Source: an uncultured Anaerolineaceae bacterium
GTDB lineage: Bacteria; Chloroflexota; Anaerolineae; Aggregatilineales; Phototrophicaceae
DNA length: 64,000 nucleotides
Assembly: GCA_964652205.1 (NCBI GenBank)
Contig: CAZZAO010000003.1
Span: 15,196-79,195, forward strand
Direction of reading: 5' to 3'
The position numbers and the translations under genes are program-made. The notes under the pieces were generated by a model that was given only the letters and a program-made list of their open reading frames with translations, was not told the origin of the DNA and made no database searches. Positions 7,876 through 17,903 of this stretch are shown here, one piece after another (within the stretch, counting starts at the first letter, position 1; each line of letters starts with the position of its first letter).

Positions 7876-9868
7876 CCGCTGGCGCTGCCGGAATCAGCCG
7901 ATAAAGCACGGCGTCACCGGCGTCATAGACGGCGGTCACATCGGCTATCTGTTCCGGTTTCCAGGAGAGAGAGCGCCAGAGCGTCTTCAGTTTTCCGACT
8001 TTAGCGGTCGCCACCATCACGACGTAAAACGGCCTGTCAGGCAGAGGCGTTTTCCGGCCCACGTGAGCGAGGTTGATGTGGTAGATCAGGCCGTACAGAT
8101 CCATCGACATGCAGTAATTGGCGCAGACAATCTGATCTCCGTCATGGAGATTCTCCTGAACATAACGGAACACGGCTTCAGTCCCAGCGGCGCTGCCTGG
8201 CCCGCTCGCCACCTGAATGGAGTTCGAGCGCATTTCGCCGACCGCCAGCACCAGCGCAATCGCCACCGCCAGCGGCAGCAGCACGCGCAGGGAAGGCCGC
8301 GTGAAGCGGCGAGCGACCCAATCGAGCAGATAAATCAGCCCTGCGATGGCCGTCATCAGCAGCACGGGATACAGATAGACCCAGAAGCGCTCGAATGTCG
8401 CCACAAACTGGATGAAGAATACGACAGGCAGCCATAGAACAGCGCCGCTGTACCAGGCGACGCGATAGCGCGACACGCGGGAATGGGCGGCGACGCCGAT
8501 CCCGAAGCCGATGACCAGCAGCCCGAACAGCCAGGGTGACAGATCACGCTGCAAGTTATGCCAGACAATCACCAGTTCGGTACGGAAATAGAAAATGAAC
8601 TCATACCAGCCAATCGGCTCAGTCACTTTAAACCGCGTATCGAGCTTCTGGGCTTCAAGAATGTGGAGCAGCGCCGGGGTATAAAGCACGAGCGTCAGCA
8701 GCGCGGCGGCAACAATACCCAGAAACAGGTTGCGCAGGGGTCGCCAGAATGGCTGCTCCGGGGCGGCGTTGATATACGTCAGGGCGAGCCAGACGATCAC
8801 GATCCCAATCGGGAAAATCATAATCGGGATCGTTGCCACACCCAGCGCGCTGAAGACGGCGAACAACGTCCAGCGCAGCGCCGTCTGGCGATGCGCCAGC
8901 AGGGAAGCCAGCAGCAGCAGGATCAGGAAATCGAGCGTAATCAGGCTGTAGCCGCGCGCATAGGCGGAATATTCGACCATCCACGAGGCAGCCGACGCAA
9001 CAGCCGCCGCGATCAGCCCGACGCGCAGGCTGTAAAACCGCCGTCCGGCGGCGAAGGTAAACGGGACGATCAGGATGCCGGCAAAATAGGCGGGCAGGCG
9101 CATCGTCCACGGATAAAGTCCAAAAATTGACGTGGAAAAATGGACGAGAACGGTGTGAAAAATGTGGTTGTTGGTCGAGTCATAATGGCTGATGACGTCC
9201 GTCAAGGGCAGTGAAGCGAAGTTGATATAGTTCGTACTTTCGTCGTAGCGCAGGGATTTGGGCAGAAAGTAGGTGCGAACCAGCGCGCCGACCAGCACAA
9301 TCGCAATCATCGTGAACAGGACGGCGTTCCGGGTGCGCGCGTCGGAGATCGCGGGGCTGCGCTTCGGCAGCATTAAGTCCAGACGGCGCGCCAGTCGGGT
9401 CGAATGAATCCAGCGCAGGAAACGATCTGGCGCGCCGCTGACGACAACTGCCAGCCCGAACAGAAAAACGGCGATGACCAGCGCGATCCGTATTGCCATG
9501 CTGTCGAACCGAATTTGCTTGTGGATGGTATAGGTTTCGGCTGCGCCATCGCGGAAAGTGACATCCAGCCGGGCCACTGCGGCGCACGATTCCCGGCTGC
9601 CCTGGCCGACCATCGGATCGCCGTCAACTTCAACCGTGCTGATGTTTTCGACGTTCCATGACACCTGCACGCACTCGGAATCAACCAGCACCGTGGTATC
9701 GTCAGCGGAAAAGTTCACCGTCCCGCCATGTTCAGTCGCCGTCACGCTGCCTGGCACTGTTGAGAAGACCGGCACAAAAACAATCGCGGCCAGAATCAGC
9801 AAAGTCACCGCCAGCAGCGCCGCCAACAGCAGTCGATTGATCCGCAAAATTCGCATCATCCCAGTCAA
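7868..9868 (-). CDS. GT-C fold membrane glycosyltransferase (PMT_2/ArnT-like, GT39/GT83-type) with an N-terminal extracytoplasmic beta-domain
   Basis: 666 aa with many TM helices. A DE motif sits in the first large loop (LRYDESTNYINFA). About 100 aa of soluble segment lies between TM1 and TM2, and there is a C-terminal soluble domain. This is the last gene of a five-gene GT-C array. Confidence 0.85.
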   Translation of the reverse strand: MTGMMRILRINRLLLAALLAVTLLILAAIVFVPVFSTVPGSVTATEHGGTVNFSADDTTVLVDSECVQVSWNVENISTVEVDGDPMVGQGSRESCAAVARLDVTFRDGAAETYTIHKQIRFDSMAIRIALVIAVFLFGLAVVVSGAPDRFLRWIHSTRLARRLDLMLPKRSPAISDARTRNAVLFTMIAIVLVGALVRTYFLPKSLRYDESTNYINFASLPLTDVISHYDSTNNHIFHTVLVHFSTSIFGLYPWTMRLPAYFAGILIVPFTFAAGRRFYSLRVGLIAAAVASAASWMVEYSAYARGYSLITLDFLILLLLASLLAHRQTALRWTLFAVFSALGVATIPIMIFPIGIVIVWLALTYINAAPEQPFWRPLRNLFLGIVAAALLTLVLYTPALLHILEAQKLDTRFKVTEPIGWYEFIFYFRTELVIVWHNLQRDLSPWLFGLLVIGFGIGVAAHSRVSRYRVAWYSGAVLWLPVVFFIQFVATFERFWVYLYPVLLMTAIAGLIYLLDWVARRFTRPSLRVLLPLAVAIALVLAVGEMRSNSIQVASGPGSAAGTEAVFRYVQENLHDGDQIVCANYCMSMDLYGLIYHINLAHVGRKTPLPDRPFYVVMVATAKVGKLKTLWRSLSWKPEQIADVTAVYDAGDAVLYRLIPAAPAAS

Positions 9869-9928
9869 CCTGTCAGCTTCACCTGCTCAAAAGAACAAAA
9901 ATTCAGAACTCGGATCGCGCCAGCCGCC

Positions 9929-11851
9929 TTACGGGCAGGCAATCGTCACGGCCTGTAACTCCGCATAAGGCTTGATCGGTTGGCCCTGCGCGTCGAGCGT
10001 CGGAAGCGGCGTGTTTGGCGCGGCGGTGTCGTACAGGCCGACCGTCAGCTTATAGCTTCCCGGCGCGGTATCCGGCGGAATCTGAAGCTCGAAGGTCGGC
10101 CCCAGCACCAGCTCGCCAGCGTCCGTCCAGCTATTGGTCGGGCGGCGATCCGCCGGAACGCCCTCATAGCTGGCGATCTGCGCCGTCTCATCCGCCGTAA
10201 TCAGTCTGGCGAACATCTGATATTCGTGCTGCGGCTGCGAGAGCCGCTCCCACGTCATTGCCAGCCGGAGCGTCGCGCCGGGGCAGTAAGCAGCCTGCGG
10301 CGGCAAATCGTAGCCGAACAGCCCGATCTCGCCGCCGAAATTGGCGCGCAGTCGATGGAATTTCGATAGATCGACCGAGAACACCGCGTCCCGGTTATTC
10401 GTCAGCAGCAGCGGCCCCCGATAGCGGTCGGCGAACTTCTGCTCTTCCTTGAAGTAGCCCCACGCGCTGTGCAGAATATGCAGTTTCGGCGGGTGATCGA
10501 ACAGTTCACGCATGAACTCAATCCGCGTCAGCGTCACCGGAAAAACCGATGAATCCATCATGTAACCGTCATAGGGCGCCGATGTACAGCTCGCGCGATT
10601 CGTCAGGTAGGTAAAGCGGCGCAGGTTGCCCCACAGCCACAGACAGTCCTGGGGCGCGGTGCGCTGCTCGATCAGGTCGATGACCGGCTGAAGCGCTGCC
10701 AGCTCGTCGGTCGGTCGCGGGGAAAACGAGGGCCAGCCGACTCGATCCACCCCAAACCAGACCGCTCCGGCCAGCAGGCAGGCGGCGAGCGCGGCCTGAC
10801 GACCCGCCGACATCCGCGCGGCGGCAGCCCCCGCCAGCGCGATCAAGGCGATCAGCGGGGGAACCATTTCACGATAGTAATAGGGCTTGAGGCCGCGCGC
10901 AATGCTCGCGCCGATGAAGCTCAACAGCACCCAGCCCAGCGCCGCCCACAACAGCGGGCTGCGCGGCTGCGCTCGCAGCAGGATCACTGCCGAACCAGCC
11001 GCCAGTAGGAAATAAGCAGCCATCAGCGGCAGCGTCGCGCCCAGAAAATAATCGTGAAACAGCGAGAAGAAGTCGCCGCCGAAGTGCCACTGGCCGGTTT
11101 CGGTCAGGACATATTCGCGCGCCATCGTGACCAGATGAAACCACATCGACGCCAGCGAGCCATGACTCAGCGCCCAGACGAGCACCAGCGCGCCGCCCAG
11201 CGCCAGCCCGACAGCCACGCCCGCGAGCGCGCGCAGCCTCGCCAACCGGCCACTCGGCGCGCGAATGGCGGCGAAGGCCAGCAGCGCTGGCAGCTCGAAG
11301 GCCAGCGGCTGCTTGGTCATGACGCCACAAACGAAGACCAGCCCGGCAGCCAGCATCCATACCAGCCGACCACGCCCCAGCAGCGCCAGCGTCATGGCCG
11401 TCGCGCCAAAAGCCGCCATCAACACGGTCGTCTCCGGGCTGCTGATTTGCGCGCTGAACAGCAGGCCGAATGCCGCGCCGATCAGCGCCCCGATCCACGT
11501 CAGGCTGATCGCGTAAGCCGCCGCCGCCGCCGCCAGCGCGAGGAAAACATCCATGAACAGCGTGCTGGCGGCAATCGCAGCCACGGTGTTGCCCATCACG
11601 CGGACGAATCCGGCGATGACGACGAACATCCCCGGCGGCTTATTGTCCCAGACATCGCGGTAGAGGACGCCGCCATTCGCCTGAATCCGCCCCATATCCG
11701 CGAACAGCCCGTTATCCGAAAAGCTGATCTCGAACGTCCGCGCCGTGTGAACATACTGCCCGACGGTCATCACGACCGCCCAGAGCAGCAGGCAGGCCAG
11801 CAGCAGGGCGGGAATGAGACGCAGGGGGCGTTGAGCGCCGTCTGCTCGCAT
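9929..11851 (-). CDS. GT-C fold membrane glycosyltransferase, tandem paralogue A (C-terminal beta-rich module)
   Basis: 640 aa, polytopic. First-loop motif YRDVWDNKPPGMF. C-terminal soluble region ANFGGEIGLFGYDLPPQAAYCPG...TVGLYD...ACP. It is a close paralogue of the next three genes upstream. Confidence 0.9.
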   Translation of the reverse strand: MRADGAQRPLRLIPALLLACLLLWAVVMTVGQYVHTARTFEISFSDNGLFADMGRIQANGGVLYRDVWDNKPPGMFVVIAGFVRVMGNTVAAIAASTLFMDVFLALAAAAAAYAISLTWIGALIGAAFGLLFSAQISSPETTVLMAAFGATAMTLALLGRGRLVWMLAAGLVFVCGVMTKQPLAFELPALLAFAAIRAPSGRLARLRALAGVAVGLALGGALVLVWALSHGSLASMWFHLVTMAREYVLTETGQWHFGGDFFSLFHDYFLGATLPLMAAYFLLAAGSAVILLRAQPRSPLLWAALGWVLLSFIGASIARGLKPYYYREMVPPLIALIALAGAAAARMSAGRQAALAACLLAGAVWFGVDRVGWPSFSPRPTDELAALQPVIDLIEQRTAPQDCLWLWGNLRRFTYLTNRASCTSAPYDGYMMDSSVFPVTLTRIEFMRELFDHPPKLHILHSAWGYFKEEQKFADRYRGPLLLTNNRDAVFSVDLSKFHRLRANFGGEIGLFGYDLPPQAAYCPGATLRLAMTWERLSQPQHEYQMFARLITADETAQIASYEGVPADRRPTNSWTDAGELVLGPTFELQIPPDTAPGSYKLTVGLYDTAAPNTPLPTLDAQGQPIKPYAELQAVTIACP

Positions 11852-11853
11852 CC

Positions 11854-13818
11854 CTAGCAGCCGCTCTGGATGACGATATCCTGCAAGCGCGCGTAACTGC
11901 CGTCCGGCTGGCCGTCCGCACCGAGCGTCGAGACGCGCGCCTGTGTCTCGACATCGTAGAGGCCAGCGATCAGCCGATAGGTTCCCGGCGCGGCGTCGGC
12001 GGGCAGTTGCAGTTCAAAGGTCGGGCCGAGGACGTACTCGCCGACATTCACCCAGGTGTTCGTCGGACGCTCCTCTGCCGGGATGCCATCCCAACCGGCG
12101 ATCTGCGCTGTCTCGTCGGCAGTGACCACCTGCACGAACGCCTGATACTGCTGATTCGGCGTCGCCAGAAGCTGCCACGTCAGCGCGGTCGGCAATGTCT
12201 CGCCGGGGCAGTAAGCGGCTTTCGGCGGCAGATCATAAGCGACGAGGCCGATCTCGCCGCCGAAATTGGCGCTCGTCCGGTGCATCTTCGACAGGTCAGT
12301 TTTGTAGATGCTGACGTGACTTTCGATGTCCGCCGCCTGCGGGCTGACGTAGCGATCAGCAAAGTTTTGCAGCTCCGGGAAGAAGCCCCAGCCGGAGCGA
12401 ACGAGAGTCAGCGTCGGGGGATGGTCGAACAGGTTCTGGATGAATTCGATCTGATTTTCGCGCGTCGGATAGACGGTCGTCACCATGACATTCGAGTCGA
12501 GCAGGTTGGCGGTGCAGGAATAGTGGCCGCTCAGAAAGAGAATATCGTTGAGGTTGCCCCATTCGAGCAGGCAGTCGCTCGGCGCGGTGTTGGCGTTGAC
12601 GTAGTCGATGACGCGCTGATGATCGGCGGTCACGTCGGGCGGGCGGGCCGTGAGCGACAGCCCGCCGACGTATTCGTAACCGAACCAGACTGCGCCGATC
12701 AGCGCCAGCGCCGCGAAGGGAACCTGCCAGCCTGACGCGCGGCGCTGGAGCGCTGCCAGCGCCAGCGCGATCAGCGCGATGAACGGCGGGATCGTCTCGC
12801 GGAAATATTCGGGGCGCAGGGCGAGCTGCACCGCCGCCGCGCCGAACGAGAGGATCACCCATAAAAACGTGACCCAGATAATCGGGTCGCGCCGCCGCAC
12901 GATCAGCAGGACGATGGCGGAAATCGCGCCCAGAATGAACAGGATTGCCATATACGGCAGCGTCGAGTCGAGGAAAATATCGCCGATGAACGACAGGCCG
13001 TACTCGCTGAAGCGATCAGTGCCAGTCGGCCCACCGACGTATTTCCAGGTGCTGCCGAAGACGTGGAACCAGAACAGGTCGGTCATGCCGTTGGCGACCG
13101 TCCAGAGCAGGATCAGACCCATCAGCAGGGCGAAGCCGACGCCGACCGCGACCGCCGAAACGAGTTTGCGCCGCCACGGCCCCGGCGTGCGGATCATGGC
13201 GAACAACAGCAGCGCGGGCATCTCGAAGCCGACCGGTTGCTTGGTCATGAAGCCGAGGCCGAAGATCAGGCCCGACAGCAGCATAACCAGCAGCCGTCCG
13301 CGACCGGCCAGCGCGACGGCCACCGCCAGCGCGCCGAAGGCTGCCATCGTGATCGTCGCGTCCAGCCCGTCCTGCGCGCCGGTATACAGCAGCGCAATCG
13401 CCACGCCGATCAGCGCCGCCAACCGCGATCCGCTCAGTTGGTAGGCCACCAGTCCGCTGCAGATGACGAAGGCCACCAGCGTGAAGATCAGCGCGGCATT
13501 CATGGCGGCGAGCGTGTTGCCGAGCGCGCCGACGAAAATGCTAATGATGAAAATGTTGACTGGCGGCTTGTTGTTCCAGAAATCGCGGTAAAAGACCTGC
13601 CCGGTCGCCTGACCGCGCGCCATCACCGCCCAGATGCCGTCGTCGTTCTGCGCCAGCGAGCGCACCGAGGTCGTGCGCGTGTAGGCCGCCAGCGTCACCA
13701 GCAGCGCGTAAACGATCAGGATCGCCACCAGCACAACCATGATCCGGCGCAGCAGCGGCTCGTTCAGAAGCGAGCGCCGGGGGGGCTTTGCGCTCAGGCG
13801 GTTATCGAGAGTTGCCAT
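11854..13818 (-). CDS. GT-C fold membrane glycosyltransferase, tandem paralogue B
   Basis: 654 aa. Motif YRDFWNNKPPVNIF. C-terminal ANFGGEIGLVAYDLPPKAAYCPG...IAGLYDVETQ...SGC. The stop codon lies 2 nt from the start of paralogue A. Confidence 0.9.
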   Translation of the reverse strand: MATLDNRLSAKPPRRSLLNEPLLRRIMVVLVAILIVYALLVTLAAYTRTTSVRSLAQNDDGIWAVMARGQATGQVFYRDFWNNKPPVNIFIISIFVGALGNTLAAMNAALIFTLVAFVICSGLVAYQLSGSRLAALIGVAIALLYTGAQDGLDATITMAAFGALAVAVALAGRGRLLVMLLSGLIFGLGFMTKQPVGFEMPALLLFAMIRTPGPWRRKLVSAVAVGVGFALLMGLILLWTVANGMTDLFWFHVFGSTWKYVGGPTGTDRFSEYGLSFIGDIFLDSTLPYMAILFILGAISAIVLLIVRRRDPIIWVTFLWVILSFGAAAVQLALRPEYFRETIPPFIALIALALAALQRRASGWQVPFAALALIGAVWFGYEYVGGLSLTARPPDVTADHQRVIDYVNANTAPSDCLLEWGNLNDILFLSGHYSCTANLLDSNVMVTTVYPTRENQIEFIQNLFDHPPTLTLVRSGWGFFPELQNFADRYVSPQAADIESHVSIYKTDLSKMHRTSANFGGEIGLVAYDLPPKAAYCPGETLPTALTWQLLATPNQQYQAFVQVVTADETAQIAGWDGIPAEERPTNTWVNVGEYVLGPTFELQLPADAAPGTYRLIAGLYDVETQARVSTLGADGQPDGSYARLQDIVIQSGC

Positions 13819-13935
13819 CGTGCCTGTCCTTGCTCGGCCTAAGACTCACAAAGGTTTGCGATAGGGTGTCAGGAGCCACACCCCTGTTCAGCCGCCTATC
13901 GTTCACCGCCCGCCATGAGAGCGCAGCGCAGCCTT

Positions 13936-15933
13936 TCACTCGACGGGAGCCGCAGGCTGCGGAGGGGCCGGGGATGAGAGAGCGCAATCTGCCCTCACCG
14001 TAATATCCGTCAGGCGCGCGTAGCTGCCGTCCGGCTGGCCGTCCGCCCCCAGAGTCGGCAGGCGCTGCTGCGTTTCGACCTCGTACAACCCGGCGATCAG
14101 CCGATAGGTCCCCGGCGCGGCGCTGGCGGGAATCTGAAGCTCGAAGGTCGGCCCCAGTATAACCTCGCCGGGATCGACCCAGGTATTGGTCGGGCGGCGA
14201 TCCGCCGGGACGCCATCGTAGCCGACGATCTGCGCCGTCTCGTCGGCGTTGACGAGCTGGGTGAACGCCTGATACTGCTGTTTCGGCGTCGCCAGCCGCT
14301 GCCACGTCAGCGCGGTCGTGAGCGTCGCGCCGGGGCAGTAGCTGGTTTTCGACAGATCGTAGGCAATCAGGCCGATCTCGCCGCTGAAGTTGGCGCTCGT
14401 CCGGTGCATCTTCGACATATCGACCTTGAACATCGAGAAGGTGTCGCGCGTCATCACGACCGGCCCCAGATAGCGGTCGGCGAACTTTTGCAGTTCCTTG
14501 AAGTAGCCCCAGCCGCTCTGCATGATCTGGAGCGCCGGGGGATGGTCAAACAGGTTCTGCATGAACTCGATCCGGTTGATGACGACCGGGAAAGCTGACG
14601 AGTCCATCAGGAAACCTTCGTAACCGGCGCTGACGCAGCTTGGCCGCCCGGTCAGATAGTCGAAGTAGAGCACGCCGCCCCACGGCCAGATGCAGTCAGT
14701 CGGTTTGGTGTTGGCCTCGATGTAATCGACCATCGGGGCGATCACCGCGTCACGCGCGGGCGGGCTGGCGCTCCAGGCGGGCAGCCCGACCCAGCGATAG
14801 CCGAACCAGACCGCGCCGACCAGCGCCGCCGCGCTGCCGACCGCCTGCCACGGCAGACTCATCCGCCGTAGGGTCGGCACAGCCAGCGCGATCAGCGCGA
14901 CCAGCGCGGGAACCATCTGCCGATAGTATTCGGAGCGCATCCCGCGCGCCAGACTGGCCCCGGCGAAGCTCAGAACCACCCAACCTATCGCCGTCCAGAC
15001 GAGCGGATCGCGCCTGCGCCGCGCCAGCAGCACCAGCGCTGCGCCGAGCGCCAGCAGGAAAAACGGGGCCATGCGCGGAACCGTCGAGCCGAGGAAGTAG
15101 TCCTGAAACAGCTCCAGCCGCTCCTGCGTGAACAGCCACTGGCCGTCGGCGCGAAAGACGTACTGCGAGGCCGACTGGAAAACGAAAAACCACATCCGTT
15201 CGGCGACGCCGTTGCTCAGCGCCCAGACGACAAACGCGCCCGCAGTCAGCGCCGCGCCGACCAGCGCCAGCAGAGGGGCCAGCAGCCTGCGCCGCCAGCT
15301 TCCCGGCGCGCGCAGAAACGCGAAGGCCAGCAGGACGGGAAGCTCGAAGGCCAGCGGCTGCTTGGTCATCACGCCGCAGCAAAAGGCGACACCCGCCAGC
15401 AGCATCCACGGCCAGCGTCCGCGTCCGAGCAGCGCCAGCGTCATGGCCGTCGCGCCCATCGCCGCCATCAGAATGGTCGTCTCCGGGTAGGCCAACTGCG
15501 CGCTGAACAACAGCGCCAGCGCCCCGCCGACCAGCCCGCCGAGCTTCGACCGGCTGAGCGCATAGGCCGCCGCCGCGCCGCTGACGGCGAAGAAAAACTC
15601 CATGAAGAGCGTGCTGGCCTCAATCGCCGCGACGGTGTTGCCGAGCGCCTGAACGAACGGGGCCATAACGAAGAACATGAACGGCGGCTTGGTGTCCCAG
15701 ATGTCGCGGTAGAGGACGCCGCCAGTCGCCTGAATCCGCGCCGTTTCCGCGAACCAGCCGGTATCGAGGTACGTCAGGTCGAAAGTGATCGGCAGGCGAT
15801 AGTAGCGCGAGGCCGTCAGCGTCACGCACCAGACGAGCAGCGCGGCCAGCAGCGCCGCGACCAGCAGCCGAAGCGCCTGACTGGACGGGGTCGGACGCGC
15901 CGTGCGCCAATCGGCCTGCGATGGGTCGGTCAT
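13936..15933 (-). CDS. GT-C fold membrane glycosyltransferase, tandem paralogue C
   Basis: 665 aa. Motif YRDIWDTKPPFMFF. C-terminal ANFSGEIGLIAYDL...YCPG...IAGLYEVETQ...ADC, plus a short Pro-rich tail. Confidence 0.9.
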   Translation of the reverse strand: MTDPSQADWRTARPTPSSQALRLLVAALLAALLVWCVTLTASRYYRLPITFDLTYLDTGWFAETARIQATGGVLYRDIWDTKPPFMFFVMAPFVQALGNTVAAIEASTLFMEFFFAVSGAAAAYALSRSKLGGLVGGALALLFSAQLAYPETTILMAAMGATAMTLALLGRGRWPWMLLAGVAFCCGVMTKQPLAFELPVLLAFAFLRAPGSWRRRLLAPLLALVGAALTAGAFVVWALSNGVAERMWFFVFQSASQYVFRADGQWLFTQERLELFQDYFLGSTVPRMAPFFLLALGAALVLLARRRRDPLVWTAIGWVVLSFAGASLARGMRSEYYRQMVPALVALIALAVPTLRRMSLPWQAVGSAAALVGAVWFGYRWVGLPAWSASPPARDAVIAPMVDYIEANTKPTDCIWPWGGVLYFDYLTGRPSCVSAGYEGFLMDSSAFPVVINRIEFMQNLFDHPPALQIMQSGWGYFKELQKFADRYLGPVVMTRDTFSMFKVDMSKMHRTSANFSGEIGLIAYDLSKTSYCPGATLTTALTWQRLATPKQQYQAFTQLVNADETAQIVGYDGVPADRRPTNTWVDPGEVILGPTFELQIPASAAPGTYRLIAGLYEVETQQRLPTLGADGQPDGSYARLTDITVRADCALSSPAPPQPAAPVE

Positions 15934-17903
15934 GCGCCTGCTCCCGCGCAGTCGCGCACGATCATGGCCTGTAAATGAGCGTAACTGCCGTTCGGCTGGC
16001 CGTCCGCGCCGAACGTCGGCAGATGAGCCTGCGTCGTCACGTCGTACAGCCCGGCGATCAGTTGATAGGTCCCCGCTTTCGTCTCCGCTGGAATCTGAAG
16101 CTCGAAGGTCGGGCCGAGGATCAGCTCATGCGGCTGAGTCCATTCGTCGGTCGGGCGCTTGTCCGCCGGGACGCCATCCCAACCGGCGATCCGCGCCGAT
16201 TCGTCCGCCGTGACGACCTGCGCGAACGCCTGATACTGATGGGTCGGCGTCGCCAGCCGCTCCCACGTCAGCGCCAGCGGCAGTGTCGCGCCGGGGCAGT
16301 AAGCGTCCTGCGGCGGCAGGTCGTAACCGAACAGCCCGATCTCGCCGCCGAAATTGGCGTCAGCGCGATGAAATTTCGAGCTGTCGAAGCTGAAAACGGC
16401 GTAGCGCCCGCTCGCCAGTACCAGCGGCCCGACGTAGCGATCCGAGTATTTCTGCAATTCAGGGAAATAGCCCCACGCGCTGTTGAGGATTTCCAGCGTC
16501 GGCGGACGGTTGAACAGGTCATGCATATACTCGACGCGGAAGGCATCGACCGGAAAAGTCGATGTATCCATCAGATAGCCTTCGTAGGACGCGCCGACAC
16601 AGCTTCGCCGCCCCGTCAGGAAGCTGAAATGAATGATGTTACCCCACATCCACAGGCAGTCGTCGGGCTGCGTGTGCGCCTCAATATAGTCGATGACCGG
16701 CTGATCGTCGGCCAGGCCGCCGGTCGGACGGCTGTCGATGCGCTGCACGCCGACCCATTCGTAACCGAACCAGACCGAGCCGAGCAGCAGCAGCGCGCTC
16801 AGGGCGATTTTCGGCACGGCGGACATCCGCTGAACCAGCGGCACAGCCAGCGCGACCAGCGCGATGATCGGCGGGATCGTCTGGCGATAATAGGCAATCG
16901 ACAGGCCACGCGGCGTGCTGGCCGCGACGAACGCGAGCAGGAACCAGCAGATTGCCACCCATGTTAGCGGATTGCGCCGCTGCCGGACGAGCAGCACGAC
17001 CCCGGCCACCCCGGCGAAGACAAAGCCGGTCAGCATAAACGGCAGCGTCGATTTCAGGAAGTCGTCCTGAAAAATCTCCAGGCCCCCGCTGGAGAAATGC
17101 CAGTTGCCATCCGAGCGCAAGATGTACTGACCGACCGAACTGTAGACGTGGAACCACATCGACGGAGCCGAGTCGTTGCTGATCGCCCACCCCGCAAAGA
17201 CGGCGACCGCCAGCACAACGCCGATCAGCACACCGGCGGCAGCCAGTAACTTGCGCCGCCGCGTCCCCGGCGCGCGGACTACCGCGAAGGCCAGCAGCGC
17301 CGGAAGCTCGGCCATCAGCGGCTGCTTGGTCAGCGCGCCAAAGACGAACACCGCGCCCGCCGCGATCATCCACACCCGGCGTCCGCGCCCCAGCAGCGCC
17401 AGCGTCATCGCCGCTGCGCCGAGCGCCGCCATCGGGATGGTCGTCTCAGGGATGCGGAAATTGCTGCTGAAGATCAGCGCCAGCGCCGCCCCAACCACCG
17501 TCGAAGCCCACGAGCCGCTGATCGCATAGGCCAGCGCCGTCAGCGCGACGACAAAGCCGACGTTCATGAAAACCGCGCTGGCCGCAATCGCCGTGACCGT
17601 GCTGCCCATCGCCTTGACGAACAGGCCCATGAGGATGAACATGCCCGGCGGCTTATTGCTCCACAGGTCGCGGTAGAGAACGCCCTCGGCGACGGTGCGC
17701 GCTTCTTCGGCGAAGATGCCGACGTTGCCAGACGAGGCGGTTACGTCAAGCCGGAGCGGATTATTATAGTAATGGGGGATGGCGACGATCAGCGCCCAGA
17801 CGACGAGGAATCCCAGCACCAGCGCCGATGACAATCGCGGCGGTCGTTCGCGGGTCCGAGTTTGCGGGCGAGCGGTGAGTCTCAAAACGGCAAGCTCATT
17901 CAA
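15930..17903 (-). CDS. GT-C fold membrane glycosyltransferase, tandem paralogue D (first gene of the array)
   Basis: 657 aa. Motif YRDLWSNKPPGMFI. C-terminal ANFGGEIGLFGYDLPPQDAYCPG...IAGLYDVTTQ...RDC. ATGA stop/start overlap with paralogue C at 15930..15933. Confidence 0.9.
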   Translation of the reverse strand: MNELAVLRLTARPQTRTRERPPRLSSALVLGFLVVWALIVAIPHYYNNPLRLDVTASSGNVGIFAEEARTVAEGVLYRDLWSNKPPGMFILMGLFVKAMGSTVTAIAASAVFMNVGFVVALTALAYAISGSWASTVVGAALALIFSSNFRIPETTIPMAALGAAAMTLALLGRGRRVWMIAAGAVFVFGALTKQPLMAELPALLAFAVVRAPGTRRRKLLAAAGVLIGVVLAVAVFAGWAISNDSAPSMWFHVYSSVGQYILRSDGNWHFSSGGLEIFQDDFLKSTLPFMLTGFVFAGVAGVVLLVRQRRNPLTWVAICWFLLAFVAASTPRGLSIAYYRQTIPPIIALVALAVPLVQRMSAVPKIALSALLLLGSVWFGYEWVGVQRIDSRPTGGLADDQPVIDYIEAHTQPDDCLWMWGNIIHFSFLTGRRSCVGASYEGYLMDTSTFPVDAFRVEYMHDLFNRPPTLEILNSAWGYFPELQKYSDRYVGPLVLASGRYAVFSFDSSKFHRADANFGGEIGLFGYDLPPQDAYCPGATLPLALTWERLATPTHQYQAFAQVVTADESARIAGWDGVPADKRPTDEWTQPHELILGPTFELQIPAETKAGTYQLIAGLYDVTTQAHLPTFGADGQPNGSYAHLQAMIVRDCAGAGA

